DNA of 64,000 bases. Origin: Spartobacteria bacterium. Its GTDB lineage: Bacteria; Verrucomicrobiota; Verrucomicrobiia; Chthoniobacterales; UBA6821. This document shows positions 23,786-34,286 of this stretch, piece after piece. The DNA is taken from NCBI GenBank assembly GCA_947471565.1, contig CANIVT010000007.1, positions 6,909 through 70,908 of the forward strand. Direction: 5' to 3'. The notes below the pieces were generated by a model. That model was not told where the DNA came from. It ran no database searches and was given only the letters and a program-made list of their open reading frames with translations. A program made the position numbers and the translations under genes. Each line of letters starts with the position of its first letter. Position 1 is the first letter of the stretch.

Positions 23786-24523
23786 CTACTGAGCCGGAGC
23801 CATGGTCTCGTCCTTGGTGCTATTGGAGGAGGCAGCGGAGGAGGCCGACGGTGGTCCCGCCTGATGCAGCTTTTCCAGGATCGGGCCGAGCGTGGAATCG
23901 ACCTTGAGCAGCGCGGCATCGGCCGCCTGACGCAGCGTCTCATGAGCTGCATGACGTGCCTCGGGCGTCGTTGCTGATTTCAAGGCTTGGTGTGCCGCAA
24001 CAACCGAGGGGTCGCTCTTGATCTGCTCGTGAGCTGACTTGAGTTGGGTGCGTTCCGACTCGGTCAGGTTGGCCATACCCGGCGGCGGGGCATGACGCTG
24101 ACCGCCATATCCATCTCCTCCCTTGCCGGGACCTCCGCGCTGTCCCTTGCCTTGCCCACCCCATTTCGGGGGTTCGATTTTCGCCAGAATGGGCGCAACG
24201 GCAGGATCGATCGCGATCATGGCGTCGTGCATCTCCTTGCGGGCCTTTTCCATGCTCTGATGGGCGGTCTTCATCGCCTCTTCAAGTGCCGGATTCTGCT
24301 GGGTCGCCTTGTCATGAGCCGCCTTGAGTTGGGCGCGCTCCTGCTCTGTCAGGTTGGCCATCGGGCCTCGGGGCCCAGGTCCAGATGGCGATGGCGGAGG
24401 TGGTGGTGCCTCCTGATTGCTTGAGGCAGTATTTCCCTGAGGCATCTCCTGCGCCCGGAGCGCTAAGGGGAGAGAGAACGCCAGAACGGCTACGGAGAAG
24501 AGAGGGATGCGAATCGTTTTCAT
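23786..24523 (-). CDS. exported helical-repeat protein (Spy/CpxP-like, two repeats)
   Basis: signal peptide; ANLTEQERAQLKAAH and ANLTESERTQLKSAH. Confidence 0.75.
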   Translation of the reverse strand: MKTIRIPLFSVAVLAFSLPLALRAQEMPQGNTASSNQEAPPPPPSPSGPGPRGPMANLTEQERAQLKAAHDKATQQNPALEEAMKTAHQSMEKARKEMHDAMIAIDPAVAPILAKIEPPKWGGQGKGQRGGPGKGGDGYGGQRHAPPPGMANLTESERTQLKSAHEQIKSDPSVVAAHQALKSATTPEARHAAHETLRQAADAALLKVDSTLGPILEKLHQAGPPSASSAASSNSTKDETMAPAQ

Positions 24524-24547
24524 GGTGTGTGAATTTAGGTGGTGGCG

Positions 24548-24958
24548 TCAGGAGACAGCAGGATTGGCATGCTTTGCCTCCTTGATTTTTTCGAGCACGG
24601 GGGCGAGCGATGGATCGGCCTTCAGCAAGAGGTCATGACGGGTCTGTCGAAGCGACTGGTGCGCGGCCGTCTTGGCTTCCTTGGTCTGCGCTTCCTTCAC
24701 CGCCTCATGGGCCGCGACAAGCTGCGGGTCGTTCTTGACCTGTTTCATGGCCGCCTTGAGTTGGGCGCGTTCCTGATCATTCAGGACGAAGAGCATTTCC
24801 TTACCATGACCCTTCCCGTGTTTGGCTAAGGAAGCGGGCGATGCGGCCGAAGGCTGAGAACTCTGAGGAGTAGAATTTTGGGCCTTGAGAGGAATACCTC
24901 CAAACAAGGCAAGCGCCAGGAGTGAAACGATGGTGGGGGTGGTGATTTGTGTTTTCAT
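24548..24958 (-). CDS. exported helical protein, one-repeat paralog of the neighbour
   Basis: signal peptide; LNDQERAQLKAAM..LLKADPSLAPVLEKI. Confidence 0.75.
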   Translation of the reverse strand: MKTQITTPTIVSLLALALFGGIPLKAQNSTPQSSQPSAASPASLAKHGKGHGKEMLFVLNDQERAQLKAAMKQVKNDPQLVAAHEAVKEAQTKEAKTAAHQSLRQTRHDLLLKADPSLAPVLEKIKEAKHANPAVS

Positions 24959-25042
24959 CACCAGGAATAACACCTCAACACCGAAAAGGTTTCGGATTTT
25001 TTTCGATGATGATCACGATGACCATCCCAACAGGATCCAGGA

Positions 25043-26269
25043 CTACAGACTCTCGGGGTTGGAGAGCAACTCGGCCACACGCTGCAGAAGCCTTCCGGCA
25101 GCACCTCCATCGAGCACCCGGTGATCAAAGCTCAGCGTGAACTGGGCCTCCGTGACGGGGACAAAAGCTTTTTTCTCCGGATCCCACGAGGGGGTGATCC
25201 GACCGGCTCCCATGCCGAGTAGAAGCGTCTGCTCGGGAAGTGGAATCGGGGTGGCCATGGTGAGTCCGAAGACCCCGTAGTTGGTGATCGTGGCGATGGA
25301 TCCTCCGGTATCGGAACCAGGCAGACGGCGGGCGCGGGCGAGTTCCACAAGCCGGTTGTAGCGCTCCACCAGATCAACCAGCGGGAACTGCTCCGCATGA
25401 CGAATCACCGGGACCAACACCCCGTCCTCGGCCTCGACGGCAAAACCGATATCGACGGAGCGAGGATGGATGACCCGGTCTCCGATCAGACGTCCCGCAG
25501 TGGCGGGCATCTCGGACAGGGCAATGGCGAGGGCTCGCAGCGCATAGAGGGCGGGACCGGCCTTCACCGTCTGCTTCTTGCGGTGGGCAAGCAGGATGTC
25601 TAGGGTGACCGGAAGAACGACGGTAGCCAGAGGGCGAGTCCAACTACGACGCATGGCGTCGGCCACGGCAACACGCATCGAGGAGGCCGGGGAAATGGTA
25701 TTGCGCTCCAGATCCTGGAGGAAGCGTTCGAGATCGTCGATCGTGACGCGCCCACCCGCACCACTGCCTGCCACACCGGCGAGATCGGCGGCGTGGAGAC
25801 CGAGTTCGGCCATGCGGGCCTTCATGCGGGGAGAGAGGAAACTGGCTCCGCCCGCGTGGGCAGGAACGGGCAGACCACTCACGGTGGGAGCCACTTCTTT
25901 CTTTGCCGAAGTAGCCTCCTCCTTGCCGGAGGATTTTCCCTTCTTGGGCTTCTTCTCCGGAGGCGGGGGCGGCGCGTCATGGAGACCGAGTCGCTCGGCA
26001 TCCTCGTCGCTGACTTCCAGATAACCAAGCGTGGCACCGACAGCGTAACTCTCGCCGACGACGGCGGAGATTTCGCGGAGGATTCCGCCGCAGGGAACAG
26101 TGACTCCCATGACCGCCTTGTTGGTCTCGACCTCCAGCAGATCGGTGTCGGCCTCCACCCGGTCACCGACCGCGAAGGCCGCCCGGATGATGGTGGCTTC
26201 GGCGATCGACTCGCCGAGCTGGGGCATGATGATGGGAAGAAGGTTGGCCGATTCGGGTGACGGGAACAT
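25043..26269 (-). CDS. 2-oxoacid dehydrogenase E2 (dihydrolipoamide acyltransferase)
   Basis: lipoyl domain MPQLGES..VETNKA; catalytic FDHRVLDG. Confidence 0.93.
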   Translation of the reverse strand: MFPSPESANLLPIIMPQLGESIAEATIIRAAFAVGDRVEADTDLLEVETNKAVMGVTVPCGGILREISAVVGESYAVGATLGYLEVSDEDAERLGLHDAPPPPPEKKPKKGKSSGKEEATSAKKEVAPTVSGLPVPAHAGGASFLSPRMKARMAELGLHAADLAGVAGSGAGGRVTIDDLERFLQDLERNTISPASSMRVAVADAMRRSWTRPLATVVLPVTLDILLAHRKKQTVKAGPALYALRALAIALSEMPATAGRLIGDRVIHPRSVDIGFAVEAEDGVLVPVIRHAEQFPLVDLVERYNRLVELARARRLPGSDTGGSIATITNYGVFGLTMATPIPLPEQTLLLGMGAGRITPSWDPEKKAFVPVTEAQFTLSFDHRVLDGGAAGRLLQRVAELLSNPESL

Positions 26270-26286
26270 GGCGGTGGCTCGGTTGG

Positions 26287-27255
26287 TCAGAGTTCGAGAA
26301 GATGTCGCAGGGAGGAGGCGATCGTGCCGGCGGTGGGACGATGCGTTCCCCAGAGGGCGGGATGATAGGGGACGGGGGTCTCCTTGGCGTTGAGTCGCTG
26401 AGGCGGTGCATCAAGCAATCCGAATCCCTCGGACGCCACGCGTGCGACCACCTCGGCGGTCACGCCTCCCCAGGGCCATGCCTCGCCGACAGCCAGCAGT
26501 CGGCCGGTCCGGGCCACAGAGGCTAGGATTGTATCGGTGTCTAGCGGACGGACGGTGCGCAGATCGACCACCTCGATATCATAGCCGTCGGAGGAAAGTT
26601 CCTCGGCGGCAGCCAGCGACTCATGGAGCATGGCTCCGTGGGTCACGACGGTGACATCCCTGCCGGGACGCGCGATGCGCGCCTTGCCAAAAGGAAGGGC
26701 CTGATCGGGAAGTTGCTCCGCCTTGAGATGGTAGTAGAGGAACTTGTGCTCGCAGAAGATGACAGGATCATCGAGGGCCACCGCCTCAAGCAGCATCGAG
26801 TAGGCATCGTCGACCGTGGCGGGCGTCATCACCACAAGTCCGGGATAGTGGGCGTAGATCGCCTCCATGCTCTGGCTATGGAAGGGTCCGCTGCCCGGAG
26901 TTCCGCCGCTGGGAAGGCGCACCACGATGGGGCAGGCCGTGCCGGTACGGTAGTGAAGCGTCGCCGCCTGATTGACGATCTGGTTGAAGCCGCAGGTGGA
27001 GAAATCGGCGAATTGCATCTCCACGATCGGCCTCATTCCCTCGACGGCGGCTCCGATTGCCAACCCCACCATGGCATCCTCACTGATCGGGGAATCGAGG
27101 ACGCGTCCCGGGAATTCCTTGGCAAGACTCTTGGTCGCCTTGAAGGCACCGCCGAACGTGCCGATATCCTGACCGTAAAGGAAGACCCTGGGATCGTCGG
27201 CAAGCGCCTTGCGCTGGGCGAGACGGATCGCCTCCAGGTAGGTGATGCTGCTCAT
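26287..27255 (-). CDS. 2-oxoacid dehydrogenase E1 beta subunit
   Basis: DSPISEDAMVG, EMQFADF, FHSQS, FCEHK. Confidence 0.95.
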   Translation of the reverse strand: MSSITYLEAIRLAQRKALADDPRVFLYGQDIGTFGGAFKATKSLAKEFPGRVLDSPISEDAMVGLAIGAAVEGMRPIVEMQFADFSTCGFNQIVNQAATLHYRTGTACPIVVRLPSGGTPGSGPFHSQSMEAIYAHYPGLVVMTPATVDDAYSMLLEAVALDDPVIFCEHKFLYYHLKAEQLPDQALPFGKARIARPGRDVTVVTHGAMLHESLAAAEELSSDGYDIEVVDLRTVRPLDTDTILASVARTGRLLAVGEAWPWGGVTAEVVARVASEGFGLLDAPPQRLNAKETPVPYHPALWGTHRPTAGTIASSLRHLLEL

Positions 27256-28361
27256 TGCTCACCCTCCCTGCCGAGTGAGGCGAAGGCATTCCAATCCTCA
27301 TCCACGGGATCGGGAGCAGGTTCGCGAAGAACCTTTGAGGCGGTTTCCTCGACCTCGAGCGCCACGGCATCGCGCCAAGCCACGGCTTCTTCCTCGGTCA
27401 TCCATCCTTTTTCGATCAGAGACTCGCGGGCCAGCAGGAGACAATCCCGTCCGAGTTCGGATTTCTTAAGGCTCTCGGGGATGTAGGAGGCGTCGTCATG
27501 CTCCCCATGGCCGACAAGTCGGAGTAGATCCGCAACCACGAGCTGGGGCCCCTCCCCGGAGCGCGCCGCGGCCACGGCCTCGCCGATCACCCGGAGGCAG
27601 TCGATCAGGTCGTTGCCCACCGCGCGGCGTCCGACAATCCCGTATCCCGCGGCGCGTGCCGTGAGATCCGGGCAGGCGAACTGCCGGTCATTGGGGGTGG
27701 AGTAGGAAAACTGGTTGTTGGCGACCACGACGACCAACGGGAGTTTCTCCACGGCAGCCATGTTGAGGCCCTCGTGGAAACTCCCGGTCGAGGTTCCCCC
27801 CTCGCCGATGCAGGTGGCGCCAACCACACCGCTCTCACCGCGGAAACGCCTCGCCACAAGACCGCCGCAGACCGTGGAGACCATGGCCCCGAGATGGCTG
27901 ATCATCGCGTGATATCCCTCGGAGGGACGACCCCGGTGGATGTTCCCGTCGCGACCTCGCATCGACCCCAGAATGGAGCCGAGATAGGTGCGCAGCGTGT
28001 CGAGAATCGTGTCCCCAAACGCGAGGCGGCCAGCCTGATCACGGATCAGAGGCGCATAGATGTCACCCCGACGCAGGTGAAGGCCGAGCGCCACGCTGAG
28101 CGCCTCCTGACCACGACCGAGAAAGACGCCGCCGACGATTTTTCCGGAGCGGTAAAGCGCCGCGAGTTTCTCCTCCAGGAGGCGCGCCTCAAGCATCGTG
28201 CGGTATCCCTTGCGGGCAAGTTCGCGGGTCACGCCGGCGCCGGTGCCGGTGTCCCCGGTGCTTTTGGATGAGGACTTGCCGGGGGTCTTGGAGGCAGGGG
28301 AAATTCCTGTCTTGGGTGACTCCTTCGCCTTGCGCGGACTGGTGACACTACCCTTACTCAT
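27252..28361 (-). CDS. 2-oxoacid dehydrogenase E1 alpha subunit
   Basis: GRGQEA, ThDP motif GEGGTSTG..NNQ, RLVGHGEHD. Confidence 0.93.
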   Translation of the reverse strand: MSKGSVTSPRKAKESPKTGISPASKTPGKSSSKSTGDTGTGAGVTRELARKGYRTMLEARLLEEKLAALYRSGKIVGGVFLGRGQEALSVALGLHLRRGDIYAPLIRDQAGRLAFGDTILDTLRTYLGSILGSMRGRDGNIHRGRPSEGYHAMISHLGAMVSTVCGGLVARRFRGESGVVGATCIGEGGTSTGSFHEGLNMAAVEKLPLVVVVANNQFSYSTPNDRQFACPDLTARAAGYGIVGRRAVGNDLIDCLRVIGEAVAAARSGEGPQLVVADLLRLVGHGEHDDASYIPESLKKSELGRDCLLLARESLIEKGWMTEEEAVAWRDAVALEVEETASKVLREPAPDPVDEDWNAFASLGREGEQ

Positions 28362-28431
28362 GGCATGAGGATAGGAGAGGTGAAGCGTGCTTGCAAACCC
28401 CGTTCGGTGACCGGTCCTCGGAATCTTCTGC

Positions 28432-28854
28432 TCAGCGGATCGATTTCCAAAGAAGGATCAGGATGAAGGTCAGGACACCGCAAAGCAGCAAAAACTGAAC
28501 CCGCGCGGCACGCTGCTCGGGCAGGGTCATCCGGCGCCCGGCCACGCTGGCCTTGAGCGCCACATGACGCTTGTCGCGGCGTTTTCCGAACACATCGTCG
28601 GTGGCCGTGCTCAGTGCCCGCTCACGGATCATCTCGCGCTGCTTTTTCTCGCGTTCGGCGATCTTTCTGGGGAGTTCCGCCATCTCCTTTTTCTTGAGCT
28701 CCTCAAGCCTGCGGAGTTCGGCCTCCTTCCTGCGCAGTTCCTGAAGGTCCCTCTCGATCCGCAGACGATCCTCATTCAGGGAGGAGGAGACGCGCGTCTT
28801 GGGCGCGGAGGAGGGTTTCGAACCGCGCCGTCCGGAGGGGGAAGTGAACGCCAT
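28432..28854 (-). CDS. hypothetical coiled-coil protein with C-terminal TM segment
   Basis: E/K/R-rich helix; C-terminal FLLLCGVLTFILILLW. Confidence 0.75.
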   Translation of the reverse strand: MAFTSPSGRRGSKPSSAPKTRVSSSLNEDRLRIERDLQELRRKEAELRRLEELKKKEMAELPRKIAEREKKQREMIRERALSTATDDVFGKRRDKRHVALKASVAGRRMTLPEQRAARVQFLLLCGVLTFILILLWKSIR

Positions 28855-28867
28855 GACGGGACGAAGT

Positions 28868-29494
28868 TCAGCGCGCCGCGGTCATCAGGTGCCAGATCCA
28901 GGCGATGAGCGCGATCGTGCCGAGAATGAGAAGCGGAAGAGTGAACGCCACCCCGCTACGGAGCCAGTAAGCGAATCCCTGGTCGCCAAAATCGGGCGCA
29001 AAGGAGGAGGCGCTGTCGCCGGGGAATCCTCCCTCCGGGTCTGCCGTGGGAGCGATCTTCGCATGCGACCGGGCATAGGCACTGCGGGCCTCGTCGACCG
29101 TTCCGAGTGCACGCGTCAACTCGCGCGGCAGGTCGCGTCCGGGCCACGACTTGGGATCGATCTCCTCGAGATTGCGGAGATGCTCGGCAAAGGAATCCTG
29201 AATCCCGTTCAACTGCTCGAGACGGCGCTGCGACTCCTCGGTTTCGCGCTGCACTAGAATCAGGGCGCGGGAAAGTTTGTCGGCGATCTCATTGCGTCCG
29301 CGCTCCAGCTCTTCCTGGCGGCGGGTCAGATCCTCGAGCCGCTGCTTCTCCTTCTCGATCTGGTCCTGTTTCTGGCGCAGCTGCAGCAACTCGGCCTGGG
29401 CGCGCTTGACTTGGTCCTGAAGCTCCTCAGCAGAGGCGGCTTGCTCGAGATCGAGCAGTTCATCGTGGTCTTCTTGAAAGTCTGACATGAACAC
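28868..29494 (-). CDS. hypothetical coiled-coil protein with C-terminal TM segment
   Basis: heptad-rich; C-terminal hydrophobic segment. Confidence 0.78.
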   Translation of the reverse strand: MFMSDFQEDHDELLDLEQAASAEELQDQVKRAQAELLQLRQKQDQIEKEKQRLEDLTRRQEELERGRNEIADKLSRALILVQRETEESQRRLEQLNGIQDSFAEHLRNLEEIDPKSWPGRDLPRELTRALGTVDEARSAYARSHAKIAPTADPEGGFPGDSASSFAPDFGDQGFAYWLRSGVAFTLPLLILGTIALIAWIWHLMTAAR

Positions 29495-29610
29495 TACCCG
29501 TAGCGTAGTTAATGCCTTTTGACTTCAAAAATCTTCCATTAGCGGGATTTTTTTAGCCCATGGGGCTAACTAGGAGATGACTGGGGGTCCCGACCTGAAT
29601 TAGGCCCCTG

Positions 29611-30291
29611 TCAACGACTGCCAAAAATGGCTGAACCGACCCGGACCAGGGTGGCTCCCTCCTCGACTCCCACCGCGTAATCGCCGCTCATCCCCATGGA
29701 AAGGGTCGGGAAGGAAATTCCCGCCCGTTGGGCAAGGCGATCGCGCAATTCCCGGAGCGACCGGAAATGAGGCCTGGAGGCCTCTGCCTCAGGAGCCAGC
29801 GGAGCCATCGTCATGAAACCCTCGATCTGGAGTCGCGGCATGGCCAGCAACTCCTCCAGATGACGCTCCAACACCGCGGACTCAAACCCGTGCTTGCTCC
29901 CCTCCCCCGAAACATTCACCTCCAGAAGGATCCGGGGGAAGACCCCTTCCTCCGCGGCGATCCGGTCGATGTCGCGCGCCAGATCGAGTGAATCAACCCC
30001 GTGGATCAACTCGAAATGGGGCAGCGCCTTGCGGATCTTGTTGGACTGAAGGTGGCCGATCAAATGCCAGCGGAGCTTTCCGGGCAGCATCGGGATCTTC
30101 GCCAAAGCCTCCTGCACCCGGTTCTCCCCGAAGAGTTCCTGCCCGGCATCCACCGCTTCGCGGATGACCTCGGCAGGATGGGTCTTGGAAACGGCGACCA
30201 ACTCGATCTCAGAGACATTGCGGCCGGCCCGATCGGCAGCCGCGGCGATCTTTTCCCGCACCGATTCCAGGTTTTCCAGAAGTGAGGACAT
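29611..30291 (-). CDS. yggS: PLP homeostasis protein
   Basis: LVAVSKTH, FGENRVQE, WHLIGHLQSNK, LSMGMSGD, VRVGSAIFG. Confidence 0.96.
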   Translation of the reverse strand: MSSLLENLESVREKIAAAADRAGRNVSEIELVAVSKTHPAEVIREAVDAGQELFGENRVQEALAKIPMLPGKLRWHLIGHLQSNKIRKALPHFELIHGVDSLDLARDIDRIAAEEGVFPRILLEVNVSGEGSKHGFESAVLERHLEELLAMPRLQIEGFMTMAPLAPEAEASRPHFRSLRELRDRLAQRAGISFPTLSMGMSGDYAVGVEEGATLVRVGSAIFGSR

Positions 30292-30357
30292 GGCTGTGTG
30301 ACGGGGTGATGTTTTCGTGCTTGGGGTTTCGTGACGGGGCAAGACAGACTCTGCGTC

Positions 30358-31260
30358 ATGAACCTCGATGGCTTCAAGGTCTTCTGCGATCTCTGCGACA
30401 CGGGAAGTTTTTCCCGGGCAGCGGAAGCGAGCGGAATCACCCAGAGCGCGGTCAGTCAGCAGATCCGTGCTGTCGAGAGACGCTTCGGTGTCCCACTCCT
30501 GGACCGTAGTAGGAACGGATTCAGCCTCACCCCCGAGGGACGCGTCTACCTCGAGGTCTCGCGCGATATCCTGGCCCGGTGGGACAGCCTTGATTCCCGA
30601 TTCCGCATGGCCCGCGGAAAGCTCGGCGGGAAACTCCGTGTCGCCAGCGTCATCAGCATCGCGCTCCACGACCTCCCGCCGCTGCTTCGACAATTTCGCA
30701 AACAACACCCCGCCGTGGAGGTGACGGTCGACTACCGCAAGGCCGAGGAAATCTACGATGCCGTCGAGGACGGGCGCGCGGACCTGGGACTCGTCGCCTA
30801 TCCCAAGGCCAGGCCCGGCCTGCGGGCCATGACCTGCTGGCAGGAGCGGATGGTTCTCGTGATGCCTCCGGGTCATCCCCTCAAGGGGAAAAAACCCGTT
30901 GCTCTTTCCCAACTCGACGGGATGCGCTTTGTCGGGCTGAGCCCGGATATCCCGACACGCCAATATCTCGACAAAATCCTGCGCCAGGCCGGAGTAAAGG
31001 TCTCCCTCGTTGCGGAGGTGGAGAACATCGAGACCGTGAAGGCGGCCGTCGAGGCGGAGCAGGCCGTCTCGATCATTCCGGAAACGTCGGTCCGTCAGGA
31101 AACCCGCCAGGGAATCCTCGTGACACGACCGATCGATGCGGAACGACTCTGGCGCCCCATGGGTGCGGTGACGCGCCGCCCGATCCCGGCACAGGCTGCC
31201 CTGCTGGAGTTCCTTTCCCTGCTGACGCCACGCGCCAAGGCCCTCCTCTCCCGATCCTGA
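30358..31260 (+). CDS. LysR family transcriptional regulator
   Basis: GSFSRAA..ITQSAVSQQI; substrate-binding domain. Confidence 0.95.
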   Translation: MNLDGFKVFCDLCDTGSFSRAAEASGITQSAVSQQIRAVERRFGVPLLDRSRNGFSLTPEGRVYLEVSRDILARWDSLDSRFRMARGKLGGKLRVASVISIALHDLPPLLRQFRKQHPAVEVTVDYRKAEEIYDAVEDGRADLGLVAYPKARPGLRAMTCWQERMVLVMPPGHPLKGKKPVALSQLDGMRFVGLSPDIPTRQYLDKILRQAGVKVSLVAEVENIETVKAAVEAEQAVSIIPETSVRQETRQGILVTRPIDAERLWRPMGAVTRRPIPAQAALLEFLSLLTPRAKALLSRS

Positions 31261-31333
31261 AAAACGCCCCGGCGCTGTTTCAGGCGATCAGGGCGTGCAA
31301 CTTCCGCGTTTTGTGTCAGGTTCATGGTTCACC

Positions 31334-32146
31334 ATGACCAGCGTTTCCAGACTCCTCGCCCTGCCCGCGACGTTTCTCCTGACGATCGCCCCGCATCTCT
31401 CCTCGGCCGAAACGGCGCCTCCGGCGATGGCCATGCAGACCCCGGAACAACTGCCGGTGCAAACCGCCGAACGCACTTCGATCAACTCGCTGCATGTCGA
31501 CCAACCCGTGATCGCAATGACCTTCGACGACGGTCCGAGCGCGGTCCTCACGCCCCGTCTTCTCGACATCCTCAAGCAACGCAACATCAAGGTCACCTTC
31601 TTCGTCCTCGGGCAGCTTGCGCAGGAGCATCCCGAGATTCTCCAACGCGCCGTGGCCGAGGGTCATGAGATCGCCAACCACAGCTGGGACCACAAGGCCC
31701 TGAACAAGTTGGCAGAGGGTGGACTGCGTCATGAGTTGGCCGATACTTCCGCGGAAATCACCAAGGCCACCGGAAAGCCCGTCACGATGATGCGCCCGCC
31801 CTACGGGGCGACCAATCCACGACTGAATCGTGCCATCGAGAAGGAATACGGCATGAAGGTGATCCTCTGGTCGGTCGATCCCCTCGACTGGAAACGACCG
31901 GGGCCCCAGGTCGTCTCCCAGCGCATCCTCAAGGAAACCCAACCCGGCGCCATCATTCTCTCCCACGACATCCACCCTGGCACGATCGAGGCGATGCCAG
32001 CCACGTTCGATGCCCTTCTGGCGAAGGGATACAAATTCGTGACCGTTTCCGAACTTCTGGCCATGGAGAGCAAGCAGCCTGCACCCGCAGCCAAAGCGCC
32101 GGAGTCAAAGCCCGCCGCAGCACCGACTCCGCCGAAACACTCCTAG
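31334..32146 (+). CDS. polysaccharide deacetylase (CE4/NodB)
   Basis: TFDDGP, HEIANHSWDH, RPPYG, LWSVDPLDW, ILSHDIH. Confidence 0.95.
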   Translation: MTSVSRLLALPATFLLTIAPHLSSAETAPPAMAMQTPEQLPVQTAERTSINSLHVDQPVIAMTFDDGPSAVLTPRLLDILKQRNIKVTFFVLGQLAQEHPEILQRAVAEGHEIANHSWDHKALNKLAEGGLRHELADTSAEITKATGKPVTMMRPPYGATNPRLNRAIEKEYGMKVILWSVDPLDWKRPGPQVVSQRILKETQPGAIILSHDIHPGTIEAMPATFDALLAKGYKFVTVSELLAMESKQPAPAAKAPESKPAAAPTPPKHS

Positions 32147-32159
32147 GCAACTGATCGGG

Positions 32160-32552
32160 TCACGATTCCCCGACGGAGCATCGTCCCGTACTGCAGACTG
32201 CGGAGAGCTTAGCCCGGCGAGCAGCCACCCAGGCATAACCCCAGTCATTCAAGGCACGGAACCATCCCGAGCCGCAATAGAGGTTCCAGAGCAGTCCGCC
32301 ACCCAAGTCTCCACAGAGCGCCATCATTCGGAATACGGCGGCGGCCCCTTTGTGAATTACCCCATGATCATTCACCAGATGGATCGCCCCCATCGGCTTG
32401 TCAGGGGCCAGCGCGAACGGGATCCCAGCTCCCCCCTGCACCGGAAGAACTTCCACGGCTGACTGATTCTTCCATCGGGCCACACCTGCCGTGCAAAAAC
32501 GGCACTCCCCGTCGTAAAAAAGGATCGGCTTGGCAGGCGAAACGTTTGTCAT
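32160..32552 (-). CDS. DUF393/DCC thiol-disulfide oxidoreductase family protein
   Basis: FYDGECRFC. Confidence 0.85.
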   Translation of the reverse strand: MTNVSPAKPILFYDGECRFCTAGVARWKNQSAVEVLPVQGGAGIPFALAPDKPMGAIHLVNDHGVIHKGAAAVFRMMALCGDLGGGLLWNLYCGSGWFRALNDWGYAWVAARRAKLSAVCSTGRCSVGES

Positions 32553-32641
32553 TTCCCTCTAGGATAGCTTCTTTCCCAAAGACTTCCACGATGCACTCGA
32601 CCGTTGCCCGCCATCATTCGTGGGCATACCGTGCCTCGGTG

Positions 32642-33316
32642 ATGATTCGATCCGTTTTTCTCTCCGTGATGCTTCTCCTGTCAGGAGGCATGATCCTCCG
32701 TGCGCAGAACGCCGAGGAGATTCTTCAGGCCGCGCGACTCACGCCGACTCTCCGACCAGCCGTCTTGAACGCTCGGATCCGTTCGGAGGAGAAGAGCTCT
32801 CCGCTCAAACTCAGCCTGAAGGATCACGTGATCAGCTACGAGTTCTCCGACCCCGCGCAGCTCATTCTCCTGAAACTCAACTCTGAGAACACACGACTGA
32901 TGGAAAAGAAGGATGGAAAGACGCTGCCTGTCGCTCCGTCCCATCTCCATGACCAAGTCCGTGACACCGGCGTCTCCTATCAGGATCTCTCGCTCGGATT
33001 TCTCTACTGGCCCCGTCCTGTCCTCCAAGGAGAGGAAACCGTGAAGACCCGCTCCTGCTGGAAGATCGACCTGCAGGCTCCCTCCGATGAACCACTCTAC
33101 GGCGTGGCCCGCGTCTGGATCGACAAGGAGAGCGGCGCCATCCTCCGCATCGAGGGGTATGACAAAAAGGGAGTGCTCCTGCGCCGGTTCGAAATCGTCT
33201 CGGCCCAGAAACTCGACGGCCTTTGGATGCTGCGGCAGATGCGCATCGAGAGCTTCACTCCCGGAAACTCTTCCCCGATCTCAAGGGTCTACCTTGAGGT
33301 TTTAGGAAAAGAGTAA
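32642..33316 (+). CDS. outer-membrane lipoprotein-sorting (LolA-like) protein
   Basis: signal peptide; DTGVSYQDL, RVWIDKES, KLDGLW. Confidence 0.75.
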   Translation: MIRSVFLSVMLLLSGGMILRAQNAEEILQAARLTPTLRPAVLNARIRSEEKSSPLKLSLKDHVISYEFSDPAQLILLKLNSENTRLMEKKDGKTLPVAPSHLHDQVRDTGVSYQDLSLGFLYWPRPVLQGEETVKTRSCWKIDLQAPSDEPLYGVARVWIDKESGAILRIEGYDKKGVLLRRFEIVSAQKLDGLWMLRQMRIESFTPGNSSPISRVYLEVLGKE

Positions 33317-33370
33317 AATTTCCCGCGGAGACGCCGTGCCTCTGCGCCTCTGCGGGAAAACAATGGATCT

Positions 33371-34273
33371 CTAGACTTTTTCCGCCGCAGAACTTCCGAA
33401 GAGTCCCGAGGGACGCACCAGGAGAATCAGGATCAGAATGCCGAAAGCGATGGCATCACGGTAGGAGGAGAGATCCGATCCCCCCAGAAGGCATTCCGTG
33501 AGACCCAGCAGCAGGCCGCCCACGGCAGCACCGGGCATACTCCCGATCCCACCAAGGACTGCGGCCACAAAGGCCTTGATGCCCGGAAGCGTTCCCATCA
33601 AGGGCTCAATGGAGTGAATGTTCATTGCGTACAGGACGCCTGCTGCTCCGGCGAGCGCGGAGCCGACGGCAAAGGTCAGCGAAATCACGGCGTTGCTGTT
33701 GACCCCCATGAGTGCGGCGGCGTCGCGATTCTGAGAGAGAGCGCGAAGGGCCAGGCCGAAACGGGTCCGCTGGATGGTTTCCCTGAGGGCGACCAGAAGT
33801 AAAAGTGTCACCGCCATGACCAGCAAATGGTTGCCTGATATGGTCACGCTCGAGCCGAGCGAGACCCTGATCGGAGGCAGGAGATCGGGGAATGCCTTCT
33901 GGTTGACCCCAAAGAGGATCTGCCCCCCGTAGGAGAGCAGGAGCGAGACTCCGATCGAGGTGATGAGCACGGCCAGCTTTGGCTGGTTACGCAGCGGCCG
34001 GTAAGCCAGGCGCTCGATGACGACACCTAACACGGCACAGACGGCCATCGACCAGATCAGCACCGCGGCCGTTGTCGTCCAGGGATCGGGAAAGATTCCA
34101 TGGATCATAGGCACGGCGTAGAATCCGGCAAAGGCCCCGATCATCAGCACATCACCGTGGGCGAAGTTGATGAACTTCAGAACCCCGTAGACCATGCTAT
34201 AACCGAGCGCGATCAGGGCGTAGATCGCCCCGAGCGAAAGTCCGTTGATCACCTGCTGCAGGAACTCGTGCAT
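33371..34273 (-). CDS. livH: branched-chain amino acid ABC permease
   Basis: INGLSLGAIYALIALG, INFAHG, KAFVAAVLGGIGS. Confidence 0.94.
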   Translation of the reverse strand: MHEFLQQVINGLSLGAIYALIALGYSMVYGVLKFINFAHGDVLMIGAFAGFYAVPMIHGIFPDPWTTTAAVLIWSMAVCAVLGVVIERLAYRPLRNQPKLAVLITSIGVSLLLSYGGQILFGVNQKAFPDLLPPIRVSLGSSVTISGNHLLVMAVTLLLLVALRETIQRTRFGLALRALSQNRDAAALMGVNSNAVISLTFAVGSALAGAAGVLYAMNIHSIEPLMGTLPGIKAFVAAVLGGIGSMPGAAVGGLLLGLTECLLGGSDLSSYRDAIAFGILILILLVRPSGLFGSSAAEKV

Positions 34274-34286
34274 GGAGAGAAGGAAA

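Noticed and set aside
25043-28361. Missing E3 in the 2-oxoacid dehydrogenase cluster
   Set aside because: E3 is commonly shared and encoded elsewhere; ordinary.
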